NCBI GenBank assembly: GCA_020632795.1 | Contig: JACKEV010000010.1 | Coordinates: 159,127 to 223,126, forward strand | Source of the DNA: Alphaproteobacteria bacterium | GTDB lineage: Bacteria; Myxococcota_A; UBA796; CAJQPC01 | Length of the DNA stretch: 64,000 nt | Direction: 5' to 3' | Shown: piece after piece, positions 17,129 to 26,829 of the stretch | Numbering within the stretch: position 1 is the stretch's first letter | How the letters are laid out: each line of letters begins with the position of its first letter | Translations under genes and position numbers: made by a program | Notes under the pieces: model-generated | Told to the model about the DNA's origin: nothing | What the model saw: only the letters and a program-made list of their open reading frames with translations | Databases searched by the model: none

Positions 17129-17740
17129 TCACTCGTCGGGTGGCGTCTCCTCGTCGTCCCCGTGCTTGTTCCGCCTGGGCTTCCGAGGGCCTCGGACGCT
17201 GTTCACGACCGCCCAGGATGCGGCGCTCACCGCCCGGACGTAGACCTTCCAGACCGCGCCGCCCTGGGCCAGCCGCTTGTGGATGTCCTCCAGGGCGTCG
17301 CCCAGCTCCTCGTTGGCCACGCGGACCGGGATGAGCAGGCCCACGAAGTCCAGGAAGCGCGCGCAGCGATCGTGATGGCGCTCGGCGGGCGCGGGCAGCT
17401 CCAGGGGCCTCGGCGCGGGCAGCGCGGGCTCCAGGGCCTGGGGCAGCGCAGCGGCGCGGGGGCTCACACCGGCCGGGGCGTACAGGGCCTCGACGACCTC
17501 GATGTCCTCCACGCGCCCGGGGAACTCCTTGCTCAGCGCGGCCAGCAGCTCCAGGACCCGGCCTCGGCGCTCCACCTCGCGGACCGCCAGCGCCATGAAC
17601 ACCTCGGGGGGGACCGACGGCGGCGGCAGGTGCTTCCGCGCCCTCTTCCAGACCGTGTCCCGGCCGAGGAAGACTGTGAGCTGCTCCGGGCTGAACAGGC
17701 TGTCCAGGAGCTGCTCCAGGGCGTGGGAGCGGGTCTGCAC
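17129..17740 (-). CDS. hypothetical protein carrying a C-terminal domain paralogous to the adjacent membrane protein (E.LGD.LE..H...AQG..WK.Y..A)
   Basis: C-terminus VANEELGDALEDIHKRLAQGGAVWKVYVRAVSAASWAVVNSV aligns with LTDEQLGDSLEILHHCAEQGAPAWKLYRIAIGAVLWAIVHTV in 17761..18291. The start was set at GTG 17740. The longer ORF to 18010 is Pro/Arg-rich and overlaps the neighbouring gene. Confidence 0.3.
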   Translation of the reverse strand: MQTRSHALEQLLDSLFSPEQLTVFLGRDTVWKRARKHLPPPSVPPEVFMALAVREVERRGRVLELLAALSKEFPGRVEDIEVVEALYAPAGVSPRAAALPQALEPALPAPRPLELPAPAERHHDRCARFLDFVGLLIPVRVANEELGDALEDIHKRLAQGGAVWKVYVRAVSAASWAVVNSVRGPRKPRRNKHGDDEETPPDE

Positions 17741-17760
17741 GAGGGCTCTGAGATCAGGGG

Positions 17761-18291
17761 TCAGTCGCCAGCGCCGCGCCGCTTCTCCTGCTCCTCCAGG
17801 CGGCGAAGAGTGCGGTAGCCGAGGACGGTATGGACGATGGCCCACAGGACTGCGCCGATGGCAATGCGGTAGAGCTTCCAGGCGGGCGCGCCCTGCTCGG
17901 CGCAGTGGTGGAGGATCTCCAGGGAGTCGCCGAGTTGTTCGTCGGTTAGGCGGGGGGGAAGGAGATGAAAGGCCGTGTGGGCGATGAGCAAATAGCCGGC
18001 TGGCAGCCAAGATGTTCGGCCTGCATCCCCTACGTTGGCGGGGAGTTCAGCAACCGAAGGCCCTCTACGCCTAGCGAGACCTCTCACACCAATGCGACGC
18101 AGTTCTACCATACAAATCAATACTGCAACGATCCCACATGCCACTCCTATGCCGAAAACCGCCATTCCAAGAAACACCCCAAATAATCCCCATTCTTCCT
18201 GGAAAAATGCAGCATTTCGCCAAAGCGAAACAAACATGCCGGCAATGTACGCCACAAAAAACAGTGATATGATTCTGGAGACTCTATGCAC
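17761..18291 (-). CDS. membrane protein (2-3 TM helices) with a C-terminal domain shared with 17129..17740; PadR-associated
   Basis: Hydrophobic N-terminus IISLFFVAYIAGMFVSL...FGVFLGMAVFGIGVACGIVAVLICMV. Its start overlaps the PadR stop by 8 nt. Confidence 0.4.
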   Translation of the reverse strand: MHRVSRIISLFFVAYIAGMFVSLWRNAAFFQEEWGLFGVFLGMAVFGIGVACGIVAVLICMVELRRIGVRGLARRRGPSVAELPANVGDAGRTSWLPAGYLLIAHTAFHLLPPRLTDEQLGDSLEILHHCAEQGAPAWKLYRIAIGAVLWAIVHTVLGYRTLRRLEEQEKRRGAGD

Positions 18292-18604
18292 CTGCCACCC
18301 CCGGCACCAACCCGAACAGCCCCGCCACAGCCGTCCCCTGCTCCATCGCCGCCCGCGCGCCCTCGGCCGTCAGCCTGTAGTACCGCCTCGGCCTCCCCCC
18401 GCGCTCCGGCATCGGCTCGCCCTCGTAGCTCTCGATGAGCCCCTCGGCCTCCAGCTTCCTCAGCGCCGGGTACACCGAGCCCTGGTGGAGCACCACGGCC
18501 CCGTTGGTCCGCTCCTGGACCCGGTCGATCAGCTCCAGGCCGAAGCCCGGACCCTTCACGAGTGCCTGGAGGAGAGCTGCCTTCGCGGTGATGGGAGTTT
18601 CCAT
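18284..18604 (-). CDS. PadR-family transcriptional regulator
   Basis: GFGLELIDRVQERTNGAVVLHQGSVYPALRKLEAEGLIESYEGE...RPRRYYRLTAEG is the canonical PadR winged HTH. Confidence 0.8.
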   Translation of the reverse strand: METPITAKAALLQALVKGPGFGLELIDRVQERTNGAVVLHQGSVYPALRKLEAEGLIESYEGEPMPERGGRPRRYYRLTAEGARAAMEQGTAVAGLFGLVPGVAGA

Positions 18605-18617
18605 GACCGCAGCCTAT

Positions 18618-18660
18618 CTCAAGGGTTGAGGAATGCAACCTCAATGGTTGAGAATCAACC
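18618..18660. promoter_or_regulatory. cluster of overlapping palindromes built from TTGAG/CTCAA half-sites (CTCAA-GGG-TTGAGG-AATGCAA-CCTCAA-T-GGTTGA-GAA-TCAACC); candidate PadR operator in the divergent promoter region
   Basis: Inverted repeats read directly from the sequence, 14-40 bp upstream of the PadR start codon. Confidence 0.3.
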
Positions 18661-18738
18661 CAAGCAGACCAGCGAAGCCCCATTGCCTCCCCGCCCCCCA
18701 CCGCCTATGCTCCCCTTCCAAGCTCGAAGCCGGAGCGC

Positions 18739-19368
18739 ATGAAGATGAGGAACACCGCCGTTCTCCTGGGCGTCGCCGTCCTCGCCCAGGGCTGCCTCGT
18801 GACCGCCGTCCTCCCTCCAGAGAGCCACCGGGTCCCGGGCGAGGAGCTGGAAGGCACCTGGAGCTGCAGGGACGCGTCCGACAAGGAGTGGGTGTCCACC
18901 ATCACCACCCGCCCGGACGGCTGGAGCATCTACCAGAGCTCCAATGTGGAGTGGGAGCAGGAGCTGCTGGCGGACGGCAACCAGGACTGGACGCCCCACG
19001 TCGAGGTCGGTGACCCCTGGAAGTTCGCTCTGTACAAGTTCGACAAGCTCCACTACCTGATCGGGGCCCCCGACGCGCCGAGCTGCGACTGCATGGTCGA
19101 CGGCTACATGATCGCCGCCGCGGAGGTCAAGGGCTCAAAGGCCACGATCCTGACGGCCAACGAGGAGACCCTCAAGGCCGGGGTCCAGTCCGGCGACGTC
19201 GACGTCCTGGTCTCCGAGAACAACGTGTGGCTGCTCAAGTACGACGCCGAGGAGCTCGCGGCGTTCCTCAGCCAGCCGAAGACACACAAGCTGCTGGGCG
19301 ACAAGAAGGAGGGCAAGATGACCTGCGTGCAGATCGCCGGCAGATACGCCCCCGCGCGCGAGGACTGA
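18739..19368 (+). CDS. lipoprotein (209 aa)
   Basis: MKMRNTAVLLGVAVLAQGCLV is a signal peptide with an AQGC lipobox. Good GC3. Confidence 0.6.
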   Translation: MKMRNTAVLLGVAVLAQGCLVTAVLPPESHRVPGEELEGTWSCRDASDKEWVSTITTRPDGWSIYQSSNVEWEQELLADGNQDWTPHVEVGDPWKFALYKFDKLHYLIGAPDAPSCDCMVDGYMIAAAEVKGSKATILTANEETLKAGVQSGDVDVLVSENNVWLLKYDAEELAAFLSQPKTHKLLGDKKEGKMTCVQIAGRYAPARED

Positions 19369-19430
19369 CCGCGTCGCCCGACCGCACCGTGTCATCGACA
19401 ACATCGACCCCGAAGCGGTATGCAGGGCCC

Positions 19431-20312
19431 ATGCTCAACCTCACCTGCCTGCTCGCCACCCTGCTCGCCGCCGACCCGGAGCCGCCCCCGGTGGACGCGC
19501 CCGCAGCGCCCGATGCCCCCGACGAGCCCGACGTCCTGGACGAGCCCGACGTCGAGGACGCCGCCCCGGTCGTCGTCTTCGTCCACGGCCTCTACGTGAA
19601 CGCGAGCTGCTGGGACGACTGGCGCGAGCGCTTCGAGGCCCGGGGCTTCCGCACCCTCGCCCCGGAGTGGCCCGGCCACGAGGGCGAGGCCGCCGCCCTG
19701 CGCGCCGACCCGCCCGCCGCGCTGGACACCCTCCAGTTCGAAGAGGTCCTCGATCAGCACCGCGAGGTGCTCTCCACCCTGGCCGAGCCCCCGCTGCTGG
19801 TCGGGCACAGCCTCGGCGGGCTGATCGTTCAGCTCCTGCTCCAGGACGGCCTCGGCCGCGCCGGGGTGGCCATCGACCCCGCCCCGCCCAAGGGGCTCAG
19901 CGTGCTGCGGCTGTCGTTCTTCAAGGCCAACCTGCCCCTGCTTCGCCAGGACGGCGCGGTCACCCAGACCCCCAAGCAGTTCCACTACGCGTTCACCAAC
20001 CACCTCGACCCCGACGCCTCCCTCGCGCTCTACGAGCAGCACCTCGTGCCCGAGGCCAGCGGGGTGATCCACGGGCCGCTCTCCGACGCCGCCGCCGTCG
20101 ACTACGACAAGGCCCGCCCGCCGCTGATGATCGTGGCCGGCGGCGCCGACCACATCATCCCCCAGGCCCTCAACCAGAAGAACGCCCGCAGGTACGGCGA
20201 GGCCGCCCCCACCACGTTCCAGGCGTACCCCGGCCGCACCCACTGGACCCTCGCCCAGGAGGGCTGGGAGGCCGTGGCCGACGACGTGCTGGCCTGGGCC
20301 GAGGCGCTGTAG
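19431..20312 (+). CDS. alpha/beta-hydrolase fold protein
   Basis: GHSLGG nucleophile elbow, VVFVHG oxyanion region, and a C-terminal His context. The start was set at the internal ATG 19431 after the lipoprotein stop. Confidence 0.75.
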   Translation: MLNLTCLLATLLAADPEPPPVDAPAAPDAPDEPDVLDEPDVEDAAPVVVFVHGLYVNASCWDDWRERFEARGFRTLAPEWPGHEGEAAALRADPPAALDTLQFEEVLDQHREVLSTLAEPPLLVGHSLGGLIVQLLLQDGLGRAGVAIDPAPPKGLSVLRLSFFKANLPLLRQDGAVTQTPKQFHYAFTNHLDPDASLALYEQHLVPEASGVIHGPLSDAAAVDYDKARPPLMIVAGGADHIIPQALNQKNARRYGEAAPTTFQAYPGRTHWTLAQEGWEAVADDVLAWAEAL

Positions 20313-20420
20313 GGCGCTGCACCTGGCGCCCCGGGACAGTATTCTGGCGCGCTTCGCCATTCCCGGCGTTCCGGGCCTCTCCTATCCTCTTCGTGCTCCC
20401 TGACGACCCCTCGGTGACGC

Positions 20421-21551
20421 ATGAAGGCTCTCCCTCTCCTGCTCGGCGCGGCCACCGCCGTCGTGGCCGCGGTGGCCACCGCCCAGGCCGGCCCGACGGC
20501 CGTCCCGGACGCCGAGCTCCAGTTCGGCGTGTGCGTCTCCTGCCACGGGGCCCACGGCGAAGGCCGCCCCGAGCTGGGCGCGCCCCGGGTCGGGGACCTC
20601 GAGGCGGCGTACATCGAATCCCGGCTGGAAGGCTTCCGTGAGGCCGGCGCCATCGGCAACACAGACGACCCGACCGCTCAGCCGATGCGCGCGATCGCCC
20701 AGGGCCTCACCGACGCGCAGATCGCCGGGCTGGCCGCCTTCATCACCGGGCTCGACCCGGAGCTGAAGTCCCCCGGGCCGCCCGTCGAGGTGGGTACTGC
20801 GGCCTGGGCCCCCTGCGCGGCCTGCCACGGCGCCGACGCCCGGGGCGTGCCCGCGACGGGTGCGCCGGACCTGCTCTACCAGCACCCCGACTACCTCGCC
20901 CTCCAGCTCCAGAAGTACCGGGACGGGGTGCGCGGGGGCCCCGGCGCGTCGCCCCACGCTGCGGCCATGGCCGCGATGGCCCAGGGCCTCGACGACGCCG
21001 CCATCGACCAGCTCGTGGGCCACGTCGCCGCCCTGCGCCCGCCCCGGCCGCCCGTGGCGAACCCGCCGGTCACCGTGTCCGAGGCCGAGGGGCTCGCGGC
21101 GTTCGCCGACATCTACGCGGTGGCCACCCACCCCCGCTGCATGAACTGCCACCCCGACGGCGACACCCCCTACCAGACCGACGACAGCCTGCCCCACGCG
21201 ATGGGCGTCACCCGCACCAGTCCGCTCCAGGGTCTGCACTGCAGCACCTGCCACGCCCCCAGCGGTGTGGGGGGCGGGCAGACGCCGCTCCCGCCGGCGG
21301 ACGCCATCTGGAGCATGCCGCCCCAGGCAATGGTGTTCCAGCACCGCACCCCCGCGCAGCTCTGCGCCCAGCTCCTCGACCCCGAGGTGAACGGGGGCCG
21401 CGGGCTGACCGGCCTGACCGAGCACGTCGAGCACGACCACCTGCTGATCACGAGCTGGCACTCCGGGCGCGAGGCCCCGCCCCTCACCCACGCCGAGCTG
21501 GTGGCGCGCTTCGAGACCTGGGGCGCGGCCGGCGGACCCTGCCCCGAGTAG
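20421..21551 (+). CDS. multihaem c-type cytochrome (four CxxCH motifs), secreted
   Basis: Signal peptide MKALPLLLGAATAVVAAVATAQA. Haem-binding motifs CVSCH, CAACH, CMNCH and CSTCH. Confidence 0.75.
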   Translation: MKALPLLLGAATAVVAAVATAQAGPTAVPDAELQFGVCVSCHGAHGEGRPELGAPRVGDLEAAYIESRLEGFREAGAIGNTDDPTAQPMRAIAQGLTDAQIAGLAAFITGLDPELKSPGPPVEVGTAAWAPCAACHGADARGVPATGAPDLLYQHPDYLALQLQKYRDGVRGGPGASPHAAAMAAMAQGLDDAAIDQLVGHVAALRPPRPPVANPPVTVSEAEGLAAFADIYAVATHPRCMNCHPDGDTPYQTDDSLPHAMGVTRTSPLQGLHCSTCHAPSGVGGGQTPLPPADAIWSMPPQAMVFQHRTPAQLCAQLLDPEVNGGRGLTGLTEHVEHDHLLITSWHSGREAPPLTHAELVARFETWGAAGGPCPE

Positions 21552-21576
21552 CCGCACGCACGAAGGAGCGAGCACC

Positions 21577-23760
21577 ATGCATCCATCCGAGACCGGGCCC
21601 GTCACGCGCCGCGGCTTCCTCGCCGGCCTGGGCGCCCTCGTGGTCGCGGTCCAGCTCCCCCGCCCCGCCCGGGCCGCGGAGTCCGCCGTCTACCCCTCGG
21701 CCAACGACGCGGCGACCCTCAACGCCTTCGTCGGCGTCGGGACCGACGGCACGGTGACGGTCGTCTGCCCCACCGCGGAGATGGGCCAGGGCTCGACCAC
21801 TGGCCTGGCCCAGTGCGTGGCCGACGAGCTGGACGCGCCCTGGGACCGCGTGCGGGTGGTCCACGCCGACGAGGGCAAGCCCTACCGCTTCGCCCTGCTG
21901 CCCTTCGACGCCCGCCACATGACCGGCGCCTCGATGAGCACGCGCACCTGGCGCACCCCCATGCGCGAGGCCGGGGCCCGCGCCCGCGCGATGCTCATCC
22001 AGGCCGCCGCCGCGCGCTGGGGCGTCAACCCAGGCGCCTGCACGACCCGGCAGGGCGTGGTGGTCCACCCCGACGGGCACGAGGCCACCTACGGCGAGCT
22101 GGCGACCGCCGCCGCCGCGCTGAAGCCGCCTCGCAAGGTCCCCCTCAAGGCGCCCGCGCAGTTCACCCTCATGGGCCGCTCGCCGCAGCGGGAGGATCTC
22201 CTCGGCAAGGTGACCGGGGCCACCCCCTACGGCATCGACCTGCGCCTGCCGGACATGGTCCGGGCCTGCACCGTGAGCTGCCCCGTCCACGGCGGCGTGG
22301 TCGCGTCGGTGGACGACCAGGCCGCCCGCGCGGTGCCCGGGGTGCTGGACGTGCTGGTCTTCGAGGACTTCGTGGCGGTCCTCGCCGAGACCTGGTGGCC
22401 GGCGAAGCGGGCGGCCGACGCCCTGGTCATCACCTGGGACGACCGGGGCTTCGGGGAGGTGGACAGCGCGCTCATCTCCGCCGAGCTGCGCGCGGCCCTG
22501 GACGACGACAAGGGCGCGACCACCGCGCGCAAGGAAGGCGACGCCCTCAAGGTCCTCGCGTCCGCCGCACAGGTGATCGAGGCGGAGTACGAGGTGCCCT
22601 ACCTCGAGCACGCCGCGATGGAGCCGCTCAACTGCACCGTTCACCTCCAGCCCGACCGCTGCGACGTGTGGACGGGCACCCAGGGGCAGACCCGGGCGCT
22701 GTGGGCGGCCCAGGAGATCACCGGGCTGTCCGAGGCGCAGATCCATGTCCACACCGCCTACCTCGGCGGGGGGTACGGGCGGCGCGGGAACGTCGACTGG
22801 GTCCGGCACGCCCTCCGGATCGCCACCCGGGTGGACCGCCCGGTCCAGATGCTCTGGAGCCGCGAGGAGACCACGCGCATCGGCCGCTACCGCCCGGTGG
22901 AGGTGGCGCGGCTCCGCGCGGCCGTGGGCGACGGCCGGATCACCGCCCTCCACGCGCGCATCGCCGGAGACCACTCCGCGCGAAGCTACCTCTCGGGCTT
23001 CATCACGAAGCTGCCGCTCTACCGCACGCTGCTGGCCGAGGGCATGCTGCCCGCCGACAGCCCCTACGCCTTCCCCAGCGTGCGCGTCGACACCGTCCTG
23101 CGGACGTTCCACGTCAACGTGGGGTTCTGGCGCTCGGTCGGGCAGAGCTACACCGCGTTCTTCCGGGAGTGCTTCCTGGACGAGGTGGCCCACGCGCTGG
23201 GCCAGGACCCCGTGGCCCTCCGGCGCAGCCTCCTCCGGGAGGACCGCCCCCGGATCCGGGCCGTGCTGGACCGCGTCGTGGAGGCCTCCGGCTGGGGCAA
23301 GGCCCCCGAGGGCCACTTCCAGGGCATCGGGCTCACCGACTGGTCCGGCAGCTACTGTGCCCAGGTCGTCGAGATCACGGTCGAAGACGACGCGCCGCGG
23401 GTGCGTCGGCTGACCGCGGTGGTGGACTGCGGGGTGGTCGTCAACCCCGACCAGGTCAAGGCCCAGATCATGGGGGGCGCCCTCTTCGGGCTCTCCTCCG
23501 CGCTGGGCGAGGCCATCACCCTCCGCGGCGGCCGGGTCGAGCAGTCCAACCTCCACGACTACCGCCTGCTGCGGATGAACCAGTCCCCCGTCGAGGTGGA
23601 GGTCCTCCTGATGGACCGCCCGGACGACCCGCCGATGGGCGTGGGCGAGGCGGGCACGCCGCCGGCCATCCCCGCCCTGTGCAACGCCCTCTTCGCCGCC
23701 ACCGGGCGCCGGGTGCGGCGCCTGCCCATCCCCCGCAAGCTCTCGGAGATCGAAGGATGA
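21577..23760 (+). CDS. molybdopterin-dependent hydroxylase large subunit (xanthine dehydrogenase family; isoquinoline 1-oxidoreductase beta / aldehyde oxidase-like), Tat-exported
   Basis: Tat motif [15 protein letters not shown]. Family-typical blocks along its 727 aa are GQG.TTGLAQ, EMGQGS and a C-terminal [17 protein letters not shown]. Confidence 0.85.
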   Translation: MHPSETGPVTRRGFLAGLGALVVAVQLPRPARAAESAVYPSANDAATLNAFVGVGTDGTVTVVCPTAEMGQGSTTGLAQCVADELDAPWDRVRVVHADEGKPYRFALLPFDARHMTGASMSTRTWRTPMREAGARARAMLIQAAAARWGVNPGACTTRQGVVVHPDGHEATYGELATAAAALKPPRKVPLKAPAQFTLMGRSPQREDLLGKVTGATPYGIDLRLPDMVRACTVSCPVHGGVVASVDDQAARAVPGVLDVLVFEDFVAVLAETWWPAKRAADALVITWDDRGFGEVDSALISAELRAALDDDKGATTARKEGDALKVLASAAQVIEAEYEVPYLEHAAMEPLNCTVHLQPDRCDVWTGTQGQTRALWAAQEITGLSEAQIHVHTAYLGGGYGRRGNVDWVRHALRIATRVDRPVQMLWSREETTRIGRYRPVEVARLRAAVGDGRITALHARIAGDHSARSYLSGFITKLPLYRTLLAEGMLPADSPYAFPSVRVDTVLRTFHVNVGFWRSVGQSYTAFFRECFLDEVAHALGQDPVALRRSLLREDRPRIRAVLDRVVEASGWGKAPEGHFQGIGLTDWSGSYCAQVVEITVEDDAPRVRRLTAVVDCGVVVNPDQVKAQIMGGALFGLSSALGEAITLRGGRVEQSNLHDYRLLRMNQSPVEVEVLLMDRPDDPPMGVGEAGTPPAIPALCNALFAATGRRVRRLPIPRKLSEIEG

Positions 23761-24212
23761 AGCTCCACATCAACGGCGAGACGCGCGAGGTCGACGCCCC
23801 GGAGGACACGCCGCTCTTGTGGGTGCTGCGGGACCACCTCGACCTCACGGGCACGAAGTTCGGCTGCGGCGTTGCCCAGTGCGGGGCCTGCACCGTGCAC
23901 ATCGACGGGCGCGCGACCCGCTCCTGCGTGACCCCGGCGGGCGCGGTGCGGGGGCGTCGGGTGACCACCATCGAGGGCGTGGGCGACCCGCTCCACCCCG
24001 TCCAGCAGGCCTGGATGGCGCACGCCGTACCCCAGTGCGGCTACTGCCAGTCCGGGCAGATCATGGCGGCCATCTCCTTCCTGCGGCACGTCCCCGACCC
24101 CACGGACGAGGAGATCGACGCGGCGATGGCCGGGAACATCTGTCGCTGCGGCACCTACCCCCGCATCCGCGCGGCGATCCGGGCGGCGGCGAAGGCCCTG
24201 GCCGGCGCGTAG
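23757..24212 (+). CDS. (2Fe-2S)-binding small subunit (IorA/CoxS-like)
   Basis: Two [2Fe-2S] ligand clusters, [11 protein letters not shown] and CGYCQSG...CRCGTY. ATG overlaps the large-subunit stop (ATGA). Confidence 0.85.
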   Translation: MKLHINGETREVDAPEDTPLLWVLRDHLDLTGTKFGCGVAQCGACTVHIDGRATRSCVTPAGAVRGRRVTTIEGVGDPLHPVQQAWMAHAVPQCGYCQSGQIMAAISFLRHVPDPTDEEIDAAMAGNICRCGTYPRIRAAIRAAAKALAGA

Positions 24213-24219
24213 CGGCCGC

Positions 24220-25236
24220 TCAGGACGCCGGGTCCGCCGCCCCGCCCGCGGCCTGCCGCACGGACTCCGGCGTCCGCCCGGTCCACTCGTGGAAGGCCCT
24301 GAAGAACGAGGTCGGCTCCTCGAAGCCCAGCAGGTAGGCGATCTCGTGGGAGGTCAGCCGCGTGCGCCCGAGGTAGTGGCGCGCCAGGCCCTCGCGGGTC
24401 TCGCGGACGATCTCCTTGTAGCTCGTGCCCTCGCCGTGCAGGCGGCGCTGCAGGGTGCGGGCGCTGACCGCGAGCCGCCGCGCCACCGCGTCGACGGTGA
24501 GCTGGCCGCTGGGCAGCGCCTCCAGCAGCACCGCGTGCGTGCGCTCGGTGAAGGTGGCCGTGTCCTCCAGGTCGACCAGGCGCCGGCGCAGCTCCGGCTC
24601 GAAGATCGCCCACATCCCGGCGTTGGAGGTGAGGAAGGGGCGCTGCGCGTCCGCCGCGCTGAAGGTCACCGTCGGCGACGCGCCCTCTTGGACAGGCACG
24701 CCGAGGAAGGCCTCATAGGCTGCGCTGTCGTCGGGCAGCCGGGGCATGACGACGGCGACCGGGGTGACGGGCGTGCGGGTCCCCAGCCTCGCGAGGCGCA
24801 CCAGGTACATGATCTCGAAGCCGTTCAGCAGGGTCGGCGGCTGGGCGATGCTCTCCATCCAGCGGAACGTCAGGCGCAGCCCCGCCGCGGTGTCCGAGAC
24901 GTCGAGGGTGACCGGCGCGATCAACGGCTTGAACCGGGCCAGCCGCCGGGCCGCCGCCGAGAGGTTGGGGCTGCACAGGGCGGCGAAGACCGGCGGCGAG
25001 AACCACTCGGCCTCCAGCGACCGCGCGAGGCGCACGGCGAACCCGGGGTCGGGGATGGCGTCCTCGATGGCCTGGCAGAAGCGGAAGAAGGGCTCGGTCC
25101 GCAGCCGCACGTCCGGGCGATCGAGCAGCTCCTCGGGCAGGCCGGCGCACCGCAGCACGTCCTGGTGCCGCACGCCGTTCGCCGCGAGGATGCCCTTCCA
25201 GCCGGCGTCCAGGGCGTATCCGTGGTTTCGGGTCAT
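24220..25236 (-). CDS. AraC-family transcriptional regulator
   Basis: C-terminal HTH_AraC region (ARRLAVSARTLQRRLHGEGTSYKEIVRETR...SHEIAYLLGFEEPTSFFRAFHEWTGRTP). The start was chosen at ATG 25236, which overlaps the sulfotransferase stop (ATGA). Confidence 0.7.
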   Translation of the reverse strand: MTRNHGYALDAGWKGILAANGVRHQDVLRCAGLPEELLDRPDVRLRTEPFFRFCQAIEDAIPDPGFAVRLARSLEAEWFSPPVFAALCSPNLSAAARRLARFKPLIAPVTLDVSDTAAGLRLTFRWMESIAQPPTLLNGFEIMYLVRLARLGTRTPVTPVAVVMPRLPDDSAAYEAFLGVPVQEGASPTVTFSAADAQRPFLTSNAGMWAIFEPELRRRLVDLEDTATFTERTHAVLLEALPSGQLTVDAVARRLAVSARTLQRRLHGEGTSYKEIVRETREGLARHYLGRTRLTSHEIAYLLGFEEPTSFFRAFHEWTGRTPESVRQAAGGAADPAS

Positions 25237-26054
25237 CTCACCCCTGCCTCTGCGAGGTCGCACAGCGTCCCATACAACGCCCGGGTCTCCCCATCCAGCG
25301 CCCCGCCCTCCGGCGACCGACGCAGCGCGGGGTCCACGAAGGGCTGGAGGCCCTCGAAGTCGGCGTGGCGCCGCAGGCGGTCCATGCCCTCGGCCTCAAA
25401 GAGCTGGTCGAAGTGCAGGAACAGCCAGTCCCCGACGTGGCGGTGGCGCTCCAGGACGTGGCGGTAGCAGTGGCGCCACGTCCCCAGGGCCCAGGCCTCG
25501 TCGACCCCCAGCGGCTGGAGGTGCGGGATCGCGCCGCACATGCGCACGAGGCTGCGCGCGGTGGCAAGGGGGTGCCGGAACACGCAGATGAACCGGGCGT
25601 CGCTGAGCAGCGGGCGCCAGGCCGGCAGGGTGAAGCAGAGCTGCGGGTCCTTGAGGCAGTACGGGCTGACCTCCACGCAGCGCGCCATCTCCGACAGGAG
25701 CGCCTCGTCCGGCGCCACCTCGACCTCCAGCGGCAGGTGCGCCAGCCAGTACTGCCCGTGGGTGGCCGCCCGCGTCGCGGGGTGCCCCCGGCCCAGGACC
25801 TCCAGCGGCGGCGGGGCGTATGCGCCCAGGATGCGCTCGTTGAGCTTCAGGGCGTCGAGGTCCTCGAAGTAGCCTCGGGGGTTCCAGGGGTCGCTCTCCC
25901 AGCCGCGCCGCCCCGTGAAGTAGCCCGAGGTCCCGAAGGTCCCGGCGACCGCGCTCGTCCCGCTGCGGCCGCATCCGACGACGACGATGTTGTGCACGAT
26001 CGCGCCTCCTGGCTCCCGCGCTGTCCTACCACGGCGCTGGTGCCCATCGCCCAT
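25233..26054 (-). CDS. sulfotransferase-family protein (P-loop GCGRSGTS)
   Basis: IVHNIVVVGCGRSGTSAVAG PAPS-binding loop. The start is uncertain; the longer ORF reaches 26219 but overlaps the divergent CpXC gene. Confidence 0.5.
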   Translation of the reverse strand: MGDGHQRRGRTAREPGGAIVHNIVVVGCGRSGTSAVAGTFGTSGYFTGRRGWESDPWNPRGYFEDLDALKLNERILGAYAPPPLEVLGRGHPATRAATHGQYWLAHLPLEVEVAPDEALLSEMARCVEVSPYCLKDPQLCFTLPAWRPLLSDARFICVFRHPLATARSLVRMCGAIPHLQPLGVDEAWALGTWRHCYRHVLERHRHVGDWLFLHFDQLFEAEGMDRLRRHADFEGLQPFVDPALRRSPEGGALDGETRALYGTLCDLAEAGVR

Positions 26055-26064
26055 CCCCGATAGG

Positions 26065-26790
26065 ATGGTGCCGATGTCCACCTTCCACCCGCGCACCATT
26101 CGCTGCCCGGCCTGCGGCGCGACCACCACGCGGATGATCGCGGTGAGCATCAACGGCCCCCGGCGCCCGGACGTGGTGGACGCCGCGAAGGCCGGCGTCT
26201 TCCAGCGCTTCACCTGCACGCAGTGCGGCGCCGGCTACCAGGTCGACCACCCCATGGTCTACCTGGACTTCGAGAAGGGCCTCTGGATCGCGATGTACCC
26301 CGCCCGCTGGGAGCAGAGCTGGCGCCACTACGAGAACGAGCCCCGCGACGACTGGCGCCGCAACATGATCGTCAACGCGCCCCCCCTGGTGCGCAGCATG
26401 TCGGGCAAGTTCCGCATCCGCGCGGTGTTCGGCCTCGACGCGCTGGGCGACAAGCTGGCCTGCCTCGACGGCGGCCTGGACGACGTCTTCCTGGAGCTGC
26501 TCAAGCTGGACCTCATGCGCAGCACGCAGGGCCTGGTCTTCCACCCCGCCCGCCGCCCCCGGCTGCGGGAGATCCACCCGGATCGCCTGGTCTTCTTCGT
26601 CGCGGGCGGCGCCGACGGCGCGACCCCGCCCCACAGCATGGAGGTCCCGCGCAGCCGCTACGCCGCGCTGGCCGCCAACGCCGTCGAGTGGGCCGCGGGC
26701 ATGGAGGCCGTCAGCGGCGGCCCCTACATCGACGTGGGCCGCGCCCTCATCCCCGGGGACGCCGAGCCCGATGAGGACTGGGCGGCCTGA
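26065..26790 (+). CDS. CpXC-domain protein
   Basis: IRCPACGATT ... FTCTQCGAGYQV, two CxxC pairs with CpXC-like spacing. Internal ATG of ORF 25987..26790. Confidence 0.55.
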   Translation: MVPMSTFHPRTIRCPACGATTTRMIAVSINGPRRPDVVDAAKAGVFQRFTCTQCGAGYQVDHPMVYLDFEKGLWIAMYPARWEQSWRHYENEPRDDWRRNMIVNAPPLVRSMSGKFRIRAVFGLDALGDKLACLDGGLDDVFLELLKLDLMRSTQGLVFHPARRPRLREIHPDRLVFFVAGGADGATPPHSMEVPRSRYAALAANAVEWAAGMEAVSGGPYIDVGRALIPGDAEPDEDWAA

Positions 26791-26829
26791 TCTGGTGTAG
26801 GGTGCGCGCGTCACGCGCAGGAGGGATCC

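Noticed and set aside
21484-23556. 690-aa minus-strand ORF and the 799-aa plus ORF 21813..24212 over the IorB-like gene
   Set aside because: Alternative frames of the molybdopterin subunit gene. Only the 21577..23760 frame has family motifs and a Tat signal. The C-terminal part of 21813..24212 is real but as a separate 2Fe-2S gene starting at 23757.
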